From Malacoraja senta (lineage: Eukaryota), in assembly GCA_038087875.1 (NCBI GenBank), contig JAXLNO010000130.1:62001-98053 (forward strand): 36,053 nt of DNA, given 5' to 3'. Below the pieces are notes generated by a model. That model worked only from the letters and a program-made list of their open reading frames with translations, searched no databases and had not been told where the DNA came from. Within the stretch, counting starts at the first letter, position 1, and every line of letters begins with the position of its first letter. This document shows positions 26,968-36,053 of the stretch, piece after piece. The position numbers and the translations under genes are program-made.

Positions 26968-27925
26968 AATGGTTGGTTGGTTATTGGTTGGTTGGTGTTT
27001 ATTGGTTGGTGTTTATTGGTTGGTTGGTTTTTGGTTGGTTATTGTGGTTGGTTATTGGTTGGTTATTGGTTGTTTATTGGTTGGTTGGTTATTGGTTTGT
27101 TATTGGTTGGTTAGTGGTTGGTTATTGGTTGGTTGGTTATTGGTTGGTTATTGGTTGGTTATTGGTTGGTTATTGGTTGGTTATTGGTTGGTTATTGGTT
27201 GGTTATTGGTTGGTTGGTTATTAGTTGGTTATTGGTTGGTTGGTTATTGGTTGGTTATTGGTTGGTTGTTATTGGTTGGTTATGGTTGGTTATTGGTTGG
27301 TTATTGGTTGGTTATTGGTTGGTTGGTTATTAGTTGGTTATTGGTTGGTTGGTTATTGGTTGGTTATTGGTTGGTTATTGGTTGGTTATTGGTTGGTTAT
27401 TGGTTGGTTATTGGTTGGTTGATTATTGGTTGGTTATTGGTTGGTTATTGGTTGGTTATTGGTTGGTTATTGGTTGGTTATTGGTTGGTTATTGGTTGGT
27501 TGATTATTGGTTGGTTATTGGTTGGTTATTGGTTGGTTATTGGTTGGTTATTGGTTGGTTCTTGGTCGTTTATTGTTGTTGGTTATTGGTTGGTTATTGG
27601 TTGGTTATTGGTTGGTTATTGGTTGGTTGTTATTAGTTGGTTGGTTATTGGTTGGTTATTGGTTGGTTATTGGTTGGTTATTGGTTGGTTATTGGTTGGT
27701 TGGTTATTAGTTGGTTGGTTATTGGTTGGTTAGGTTATTGGTTGGTTATTGGCTGGTTATTGGTTGGTTAATTATTGGTTGGTTATTGGTTGGTTATTGG
27801 CTGGTTATTGGTTGGTTAATTATTGGTTGGTTATTGGTTGGTTATTGGTTGTTTATTGGTTGGTTGGTTATTGGTTGGTTATTGGCTGGTTATTGGTTGG
27901 TTGGTTATTAGTTGGTTGGTTGATT
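26968..27925. repeat. ~950 bp minisatellite, 11-bp unit TTATTGGTTGG
   Basis: Directly visible tandem array with GGTT slippage variants. Confidence 0.95.
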
Positions 27926-28110
27926 GGGTGATAGATTGATTTATTTTCTTTCCCCAAGAATAAACTTTATTCGGAATAATAACAAATATATACGAAGCAA
28001 GAACTGTGATAACGCTTCCGACATTCTCAGCAGCTATACATACATTCTTTAGCGTTATATTGGATAGTGTTTAAAAATCTATCTTGTACCGCGCCTCCAA
28101 TTATATAGAG

Positions 28111-28422
28111 GGCGGCACGGTGGCGCTGCGGTAGAGTCGCTGCCTCACAGCGCCAGAGACCCGGGTTCGATCCTGACTACGGGCGCTGTCTGTACGGAGT
28201 TTGTACGTTCTCCCCGTGACCTGCGTGGGGTTTTTCCCCAGGCACTCCGGTTTCCACCCACACTCCAAAGACGTACGGGTTTGTAGGTTGGCTTAGGTAA
28301 AATTGTAAATTGTCGCTAGTGTGTGTGTGGGATAGTGTTATTGTGCGGGGTGATCGCTGGCTGGCATGGACTTGGTGGGCCGAACGGCCTGGATTCGCGC
28401 TGTATCTCTAACCAAAACTAAA
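28111..28422 (+). mobile_element. Full-length tRNA-derived SINE
   Basis: GGCGGCACGGTGGCGCTGCGGTAGAG head, B-box GGTTCGATCC, core and CR1-like tail. Confidence 0.88.
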
Positions 28423-28511
28423 AGACCTTCTCAGCGGCTATACATGCATTCATTGACGTAATGTTATATTCAGCCCACCGAGTCCAGGCCGGCCATCGAT
28501 CACCCAAACAG

Positions 28512-28822
28512 TCAGAACCTTTTCCCCATTGTGGAAATGTCAAAGACTAGAGGGCGTAGCTTTAAGGTGAGAGGGGGAAAGTGTGGGGCATGTTTTTTTT
28601 TACACAGATGGTGGTGGGTGCCTGGAACGTGCTGCCAGGAGTGGTGGTGGAGGTGGATACGATAGTGAAGTTTAAGAGGCTTTTGGATAGGCACATGGAT
28701 ATGCAGGGAACGGAGGGATATGGATCACGTGCAGGCAAGTAAAGGTTGGTTTTGGCACCATGATCGGCACAGGGTTTGTGGGCCGAAGGGCCTGTTCCTG
28801 TGCTGTGCTGTTCTATGTTCTT
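28512..28822 (+). mobile_element. CR1 LINE 3' fragment
   Basis: CR1 C-terminal and 3' UTR motifs ending TGTGCTGTTCTATGTTCT. Confidence 0.75.
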
Positions 28823-29904
28823 TGAAACCTGCCCCCACTGTCCAGTTTCAAGAAGGGTCTCGACCTGAAACAATTCCACCCGTTCCTTCTCTCCAGAGAT
28901 GCTGCCTGTCCCGCTGAGTCACTCCAGCATTTTGTGTCCACCATTGATTTAAACCAGCATCTGCAGTTCTTTCCGACACACTGTTCCGCCCGCTACATAA
29001 AAAATATTATTCCTCATACCTTTTTTGTTTCTCTTATTTGGTGTTATTCACCGCTCTGTTCCCCGGTCAACGAGTACTTTCCTGGGTGATTTTTTTATCA
29101 CCAGAGTTATGGGCCTAAGGTTGGGCAGTCTGTATGTAAGGGAAACTGGACTCACGGCATGGACTCGGTGGGCTGAAGGGCCTGTTCACCCCGCTCCCCT
29201 CTCCCATCAGGCAAGGGGTACAGAAGTGTGAAAACGCACAACTCCAGATTCAGGGACAGTTTCTTCCCGGCTGTTATCAGGCAACTGAACCATCCTATCA
29301 CCAACTAGAGAGCAGTCCTGACCTCCCATCTACCTCATTGGAGGCCCTCAGTCTATCTTTAATCAGACTTAACTGGACTTTACCTCGCACTAAACGTTAC
29401 TCCCTTTAACCTGTATCTGTCCACTGTGGATGGCTGGATTGTAATCACAGGGCTGCCAACATTGGGTGAGAGTTGGGAGTGAGAATTTGCGAGAGACCAA
29501 GCCCGAGGGAGCATAGCTGGGTGGTGGGGGGGGGGGGGGGGGTGGGAGGGGGGGGGGTGGGAGGAAGGTGTCCCCCCTCCCATTGGTACGCAACTTTTAC
29601 ATTTTTCAGCTTGAAATTGTGCAATACTGTAGCGAGTCTTTTAACTTACACTTGAATGCAATATTTATGCTTTAAATTGGATTGGAGCGTTTTTGAAAGG
29701 GGGGATGTTCAGCGATCACTGATCACTGGCCTTGGGGGTACCCGGTGAGGGAGTGGAGCAACCGAGTGGGGAGAGGGTTTGGATGAAGGGTGTCCCCCCT
29801 CCCAGGGTAGGAACTTTTTGAAATTTGATGTATTAAAATCATGTTTTAGTGCATTGTAGAAGATTGATTTCAGTGTTTTTTGTATGAAGTATGTTTAAGA
29901 GGTA

Positions 29905-30548
29905 ACTTTTTAAGGGTAACTTTTTCCACACAAAGGGTGATGGGTGTATGGAACAAGCTGCCAGAGGAGGTAGTTGAGGCAGGGACCATCCCATCATTTA
30001 AGAAAAAGTTAGACTGATACATGGATAGGACAGGTTTGGAGGTATGGACCAAAAGCAGGTAGTGTAGCTGGGACATGTTGGTGGGTGTGGGCAAGTTGGG
30101 CCGAAGGGCATGTTTTCACACTGTATCACTCTATGACTACATTATACCTCCACCGTGCATGAATGCTTCAAAATCAAGTGATCGAGTTTTATTGCCATAT
30201 ACTCAAGCATAGAAACATAGAAAATAGGTGCAGGAATAGGCCATCGGCCCTTCTAGCCAGCACTGCCATTCAATATGATCATGGCTGTTCATTTAAAATC
30301 AGTACCTCTTTCCTGTTTTTTCCCCATATCCCTTGATGTCGTTAGCCCCAAGAACTAAATGTAACTCTCTCTTGAAAACATCCAGTGAATTGGCCTCCAC
30401 TGCCTTCTGTGGCAGAGAATTCCACAGATTCACAACTCTCTGGGTGAAGAAAGTTTGTCCTCATCTCAGTCCTAACTGGCCTACCCTTTATTCTTAAACT
30501 GTGACCCCTGGTTCTGAACTCCCCCAACATCGGGAACATTTTTCCTGC
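29905..30548. mobile_element. Two CR1 3' fragments (plus ~29905-30138, minus ~30210-30548) inside the hAT element
   Basis: 'GKMFPMLGEFRTRGHSLRIKGRPVRTEMR' and CR1 3' UTR motifs. Confidence 0.8.
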
Positions 30549-30654
30549 AGTTACAGTAAGTGAAAATCTAGCAGGCAAGCAGGATGCTTTCTCCAACCAC
30601 CCCCATTTGAAGTCCACTATCTTCCACCGTTTCTACCCAGTGCTTGGTACTTAC

Positions 30655-30792
30655 TTCCAGCAGCCACTGGTTGTCCTCCAGGATGCACCGAGCCGCAGCC
30701 TGATCCATGCCGGTTACCTGGGCGAATTTGCCACAGGGACTCTCACGGCAGCGGCGCAACGCTTCCGACGCCTTGAACTGAGGCTGCTCCAT
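30655..30792 (-). pseudogene. TDP2: TDP2 (tyrosyl-DNA phosphodiesterase 2)-like exon 1 encoding the UBA-like domain; orphan fragment
   Basis: GCCATGG Kozak; MEQPQFKASEALRRCRESPCGKFAQVTGMDQAAARCILEDNQWLLE resembles TDP2 'CxEFA..xD.AVAQC.LAENDWEME'; ends in phase-0 donor GAA|GTAAGT; no following 'ALNSYF' exon found in window. Confidence 0.65.
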
Positions 30793-31036
30793 GGCCGGAG
30801 CTGGAGTGAGCGACTCGCCAGCCCGGCAAACACTCGCCAACCCCGCTTCCCGTCCGCATCTGTCCCCGCCGCTGCTTCTGCTTCCAACACCCGCGGACCA
30901 TGCAGTTGATATGAGTTTTGAACTTTTCGTTGATCACAGAATTTCTCACCACAGAGCGAGAGAAATTTGTGATCAGCGTGAGAATTTGGCGAAATGCGGG
31001 ATTCTCACGCTCAATGCATGGGAGTTGGCAGCCCTG

Positions 31037-32335
31037 CCTCTCTATCCCCCCTCTCTCCCCCTCTCTCTCCACTCTCTCTCTCCACCTCTCTCTCTCCCCC
31101 TCTCTCTTCCTCTCTCTCTCTCTCCCCCTCTCTCTCCCTCTCTCCCCCTCTCTCTCCCCCTCTCTCTCTTCCCCCTCTCTCCCTCCCACCTCACTCTCCC
31201 CCTCTCTCCTCTCTCTCTCCCTCTCTCTCCCCTCTTGCCCATAACCCTCTCTCCCCTCTCTTTCCCCTCTCTCTCCCCTCTCTTCCCCCTAACTCTCTCT
31301 CCCCCCTTCTCTCCCCCTCTCTGTCCCTCTCTCTCCCCCTCTCTCTCTCTCTTCCCCCTCTCTCCCTCTCTCCTCTCTCCCTCTCTCTCCCCTCTTGCCC
31401 CTAACCCTCTCTCCCCTCTCTTTCCCCTCTCTCTCTCCCCTCTCTTTCCCCTAATTCTCTCTCCCCCTCTCTCTCCCCCCTCTCTTTCTTCCCTCTCTCC
31501 CCCTCTCTCCCTCTCCTCTCTCTCCCCCACACTTCCCCCTCTCTCTCTCCCCTCTCTCTCTCTTTCTCCCTCCTCTCTATCTCACCCTCTCCCTCTCCAC
31601 ACACTCTCCCTTCTCTCTCTCCCTCTCTCTCTGTCTCTCCTCTCTCTTTCACCTCTCTCTTCTCCCCTCTCTCTCTCTCTCTCTCTCTCATCTCTCTCTC
31701 CTCCTCTCACTCCCCCATTTCGCCCTCCCACCTCACTCTCCCCCTTGCTCTCTCTCCCCTCTCTCTTTCTCCTCTGTCTCTATCGCCTCTTTCTCTTTGC
31801 CCCCCCATCTCTCTCTCTTACCCCCGTTTCTCTCTTTCCCACTCTCTCCCTCTTCCCCCTCTCTCTTTTACCACCCCCTCTCTTCCCCCTCTCTCTTTTA
31901 CCACCCCCTCTCTTCCCCCTCTCTCTCCCATTGTCTCCTACCCTCTCCTCCCTCTCTCTCTTCCCTCTTTCTTCCCTCTCATCCCTCTCTCTCTTCCCCC
32001 TCTCCCACCTCACTCTCCCCTCTCTCTCCCCTACCTCTCTCCCCCCTCTCTCTCCCCTCTCTCTCTCCCCCTCTCCCACCTCACTCTCCCCTCTCTCTCC
32101 CTACCTCTCTCCCCCCTCTCTCTCCCCTCTCTCTCCCCCCTCTCCCACCTCACTCTCCCCTCTCTCTCCCCTACCTCTCACCCCTCTCTCTCCCCTCTCT
32201 CTCCCCTACCTCTCTCCCCCCCTCTCTCTTCCCCTCTCTCTCCCCCCTCTCCCTCTTCTCTCTCTCCATTCACCCCCCCCCCCTCTGTCTCTCCCGTCTC
32301 TCTCCTCTCACCCCTCTCTCTCTCCACCTCCCTTT
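31037..32335. repeat. 1.3 kb polypyrimidine (CT/CCCT) low-complexity tract
   Basis: Almost entirely C/T on the + strand. Confidence 0.95.
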
Positions 32336-32554
32336 GAGAGTCTGTAGAAATATCTGATCAGCGTGAGGGCGTGGGAGTTTATTCAAGTGCGTGATTCTCA
32401 CGCTCAAAGCGTGAGAGTTGGCAGCCCTGGTAACCATGTGCAGTCTTTCCGATGACTGGATAGCCCGCAACAAAAAAGCTTTTCACTGTATCTCGGTACA
32501 CGCGACTACAAACCGAACTAAGTTAAACTAAACCAAACTATGTCAAAAGACAAT

Positions 32555-33071
32555 AAACAACAGGTGCAGGAGGAGGCCATTCGGCCCTTCGAGCCATTCA
32601 ATGTGATCATGGCTGATCATCCACAATCAGTACCCCGTTCCTGCCTTCTCCCCATATCCCCTGACTCCGCTATCTTTAAGAGCCCTATCTAGCTCTCTCT
32701 TGAAAGCATCCAGAGAACCCGCCTCCACCACCCTCTGAGGCAGAGAATTCCACAGACTCACCACTCTCTGTGAGAAAAAGTGTTTCCTCTGCTCTGTTCT
32801 AAATGGCTTACCCCTTATTCTTAAACTGTGGCCCCTGGTTCTGGACTCCCCAACATCGGTAACATGTTTCCTGCCTCTAGCGTGTCCAAACCCTTAATAA
32901 TCTTATATGTTTCAATAAGATAGCCTCTCATCCTTCTAAACTCCAGAGTGTACAAGCCCAGCCGCTCCATTCTCTCAGCATATGACAGTCCCGCCATCCC
33001 GGGAATTAACCTTGTAAACCTACGCTGCACTCCCTCAATAGCAAGAATGTCCTTCCTCAAATTAGGGGACC
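32555..33071 (-). mobile_element. CR1 LINE 3' fragment
   Basis: '[57 protein letters not shown]'. Confidence 0.9.
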
Positions 33072-34098
33072 ATGCTGTAAATTTCAAGCCTGATAGAAAT
33101 GACCCAACAAGTAGCTGGGTCTTGACTTAAACGCCACGATCATATCATAACGCCCCTAACAGGGGTGCAGCGGTAGAGTTGGTGCCTCACAGCGCCAGAG
33201 ACCCGGGTTCTATCCTGACCTATATGTACGGAGTTTTTACGTTCTCCCCGTGGCCGTGTGTGGGCTTTCTCCAGGATCTCCGGTTTCCTCCCACACTCCA
33301 AACAAAACATACAGGTTTGTAGGTTAATTGGCTCGTGTATGATTGTAAAATTGTCCCTGGTGTGTGTGTGTGTGTATATAATAGCGCTAGTGTGTGGGGA
33401 TGGCTGGTAGGCGGGACTCGGTGGGCCGAAGGGCCTGTTTCCGCGCTGTATCTCGAAACTAAACTCAAATCTGCCTCCACCACCACCCCTGGGTGTGCGT
33501 TCCAGGCACCCACCACCCTCTGTGTAAACGGACTCACCCAGCACATCTCACCGTGTGGTATCTCTCACATTTCCATCCCAATATTTTTGATATTCATAAG
33601 ATTCTCATCCCTATGCAAAAATCCACAGGTCACTTTAATATTTAAATGAACTTGTTTTCCGCTCGTGTGACACGTAATTTGTTTAAATTTCACTACGCAT
33701 ATGAATGGCTGTCTCTATATTTATATAGTCAGTAATACATCCTCGTACCGAGCTATCAGTAGCAGTGAGTCCTGGCCAGAACCGTCTCCGCTGGGATCGA
33801 GTGGAGTACGCACATTGGCCGCAGTTGTCATTCAGGTACAGACAACATTTCTCTCTTCCTTTCTTTACGCAGAAAGGGAAGAAAGTTTCAACAAACCTCC
33901 AGAAAAATGCAGGTCTGCTCCGACTCTCAGTTCTTTTAAATCGAGGCTGAAGACTTTTCTGTTTAATGCTGCTGTTTGTTACTTTTAATGTTAACTGGAG
34001 CAAGTGGGACTCGTTGGGTCCCGTCCCCTAAACGCACGGTTGCGGGAGGGGGGGCGGCCTGTGGCGTTACACACACACTAACCACCCCCCCCACACAC
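32672..34098. repeat. Copy B of inverted duplication (partner ~23868-25297), including SINE ~33163-33465
   Basis: Reverse complement of copy A. Confidence 0.9.
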
Positions 34099-34285
34099 AA
34101 CATACACACACTAACCACCCCCCACACACACTAACCACCCCCTCACACACACACACACACACTAACAACCCACCCCCTCACACACACACACACACACTAA
34201 CCACCCCCCCACACACACACACACTAACCCCCCCACACACACACACACACACACTAACCACCCCCCCCACACACACACACTAACC

Positions 34286-34319
<34 letters not shown>

Positions 34320-34398
34320 CCACCCCCCCCACACACACACACACTAACCCCCACACACACACACACACTAACCACCCCCCCCACACACACACCTAACC

Positions 34399-34432
<34 letters not shown>

Positions 34433-34998
34433 CCACCCCCCCCACACACACACACTAACCACCCCCCCCACACACACACACACACTAACCCCCCCACACA
34501 CACACACTAACCCCCACACTCACACACACACACACACACACACTAACCACCCCCCCCCCCCCACACTCACACACTAACTACCCACCACACACACACACTA
34601 ATCACCCCCACACACACACACACACACACTAACCACCCCCCTTGATATTATATTAATATTATTCATTCGCTCCTTTTAACCCATCCCCGCCCTATCCACT
34701 CACATATAGCCCCCAACTCGCCGGCATGGCTGGAGCGGGAGAGGGGGCAGGGGCAGAGGGAGGGGGCAGGGGAAGAGGGAGGGGGCAGGGGAAGAGGGAG
34801 GGGTAGGGCAGAGGGAGGGGGGGCAGGGGCAGAGGGAGGGGGCAGGGGCAGAGGGAGGGGGCAGCGGCAGGGGGAGGGGGCAGGGGCAGAGGGAGGGGGC
34901 AGGGGCAGAGAGGGGGGGCAGGGGCAGAGAGGGGGGGCAGGGGCAGGGGGAGGGGGCTGGGGCAGGGGGAGGGGGCAGGGGGAGGGGGCAGGGGCAGA
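33995..34998 (-). mobile_element. Non-autonomous Helitron-like element with (CA/CC) and G-rich tandem repeats
   Basis: Minus-strand 3' end GGGACCCAACGAGTCCC hairpin + ACTTGCTCCAG|T, homologous to the 5073-5099 terminus; 5' end not identified. Confidence 0.55.
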
Positions 34999-35092
34999 GA
35001 CTTTTCTGCTGGACGCTGCTGTTCATTACTTTTAATTTTACTTTAATTAAATAATTAATTCATTTCTAACACTGCACTGTCATTTATATTCT

Positions 35093-35330
35093 GTTTAAGA
35101 AGGAACTGCAGATGCAGGAAAAATCGAAGGTAGACAAAAACCACGGAGAAACTCAGCAGGTGAGGCAGCATCTATGGAGCGAAGGAATAGGTGACTTTTC
35201 GGGTCGAGACCCTCCTTCAGACTCAGACTTCAGTCTGAAGAAGGGTCTCGACTTGAAACGTCACCTATATCCTTCGCTCCATAGATGCTGCCTCACCAGC
35301 TGAGTTTCTCCAGCATTTTTGTCTACCTAT
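35093..35330. mobile_element. Inverted pair of Penelope-derived terminal repeats
   Basis: Long hairpin centred near CTTCAGACT..CAGTCTGAAG with CTGAAGA..GAAACGTC core. Confidence 0.75.
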
Positions 35331-35357
35331 AATTTTTATTCTTGTATTTTATAAAAA

Positions 35358-35524
35358 AAACGCCTCGACCTAGCTGAGGCCTCGAGTACACGGAGACTAC
35401 TCTCGAGCATGAAGGAGAGTTACGAAGACCACCCAGGACCTCGTGTCGACCATGCTGCGAGTATGAGTCGAGGGAAAACTCGCCGGAACTCGCGGATCAG
35501 GTTGCCCAAGTGGGACAGGCCCTT
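35358..35524 (+). mobile_element. Right end of the MITE family seen at 1812-2318
   Basis: Matches 2155-2318, ends CAAGTGGGACAGGCCCT|TAA. Confidence 0.85.
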
Positions 35525-35655
35525 AAAACTGAAACTAAGATTCAAGAGACACTATTTCCCATTCACAGAGTCCTTGTTGACTATCTCTAATGCTGCTTGA
35601 TCCTGTCCTTAAGAATCACCTTCCACTTACCACTGGGTCAGCCTGTAAACTTTAG

Positions 35656-35957
35656 ACTTCAGAGATACAATGGCGGAATCAGACCCTTCAGCCCACCGGG
35701 TCCGTGCCGACCAGAGATCACCCCGTACACTAACACTATACTACACACACTGGGAACAATTTACAATTTACCAAAGCCAATTAACCTACAAATCTGCACG
35801 TCTTTAGAGTGTGGGAGGAAACCGGAGCACCCGGAGAAAACCCACGCAGGTCACAGGGAGAATGTACAAACTCCGTACAGACAGCACCCGTAGTCAGGAT
35901 CGAACCCGGGTCTCTGGCACTGTGAGGGGGCAACTCTACCGCTGCACCACCATGCCG
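35656..35957 (-). mobile_element. Full-length tRNA-derived SINE
   Basis: Reverse complement of SINE head, core and tail. Confidence 0.88.
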
Positions 35958-36053
35958 ACTTGGTCAAGCCTTGGGAACTCTTCCAACTTAATGCACTTGA
36001 AAATTACCAACATCCTTATGGCAGAGATAGATAGATTCTTGATTAGTACAGGT

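Larger units (their letters stand above)
29448..32429. mobile_element. Non-autonomous hAT-like DNA transposon (~3 kb) carrying a TDP2-like exon
   Basis: 13-bp TIRs CAGGGCTGCCAAC (29448-29460) / GTTGGCAGCCCTG (32417-32429); near-TSD GTAATCA/GTAACCA; second right end at 31024-31036; subterminal GTGAGA motifs. Confidence 0.75.
29187..32540 (+). mobile_element. Rex/Babar-type LINE 3' end split in two (29187-29447 and 32430-32540)
   Basis: 'LPSGKGYRSVKTHNSRFRDSFFPAVIRQLN', then UTR broken at GTAATCA and resuming GTAACCATGTGCAGTCTTTCC...(AAACT)n. Confidence 0.75.

Noticed and set aside
26961..27931. Multiple 'LLVGYWLVIGW' hydrophobic ORFs
   Set aside because: Products of the 11-bp minisatellite
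28111..28190. tRNA-like sequence
   Set aside because: SINE head continuing into SINE core and tail; not a standalone tRNA gene
29018..29116. Possible minus-strand exon (AG...AAG|GTATGA) as exon 2 of the TDP2-like fragment
   Set aside because: Stops in all three frames and no 'ALNSYF'-like match
30791..32347. 518-aa Leu/Ser/Pro-rich ORF and opposite-strand Glu/Arg/Gly ORFs
   Set aside because: Translation of a stop-free polypyrimidine tract; no coding signal

Overview
Repeat-dominated vertebrate genomic DNA; the repeat complement (HE1/V-SINE-type tRNA SINEs with CR1 tails, CR1, Penelope) points to a cartilaginous fish, probably a skate or ray (inference). Host-gene content is small. There is a single-coding-exon class A GPCR of the proton-sensing GPR65/GPR4/GPR68 group on the minus strand (12147-13148). 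It carries three +1 frameshifts and appears to lack both cysteines of the TM3-ECL2 disulfide. There is also an isolated TDP2-like first exon (30655-30792, minus). That exon lies inside a ~3 kb hAT-type element with terminal inverted repeats that splits a Rex/Babar LINE tail, so it looks like a Pack-type gene capture. Also present: a decayed L1 with three nested insertions; a nearly intact EN-RT LINE flanked on both sides by (CT)n; Harbinger-type MITEs; non-autonomous Helitrons; many short Penelope-derived repeats with a hammerhead-ribozyme-like core, several with target-site duplications; a ~1.1-1.4 kb inverted duplication; and a compact cluster of PU.1/IRF/NF-kB motifs upstream of the GPCR.
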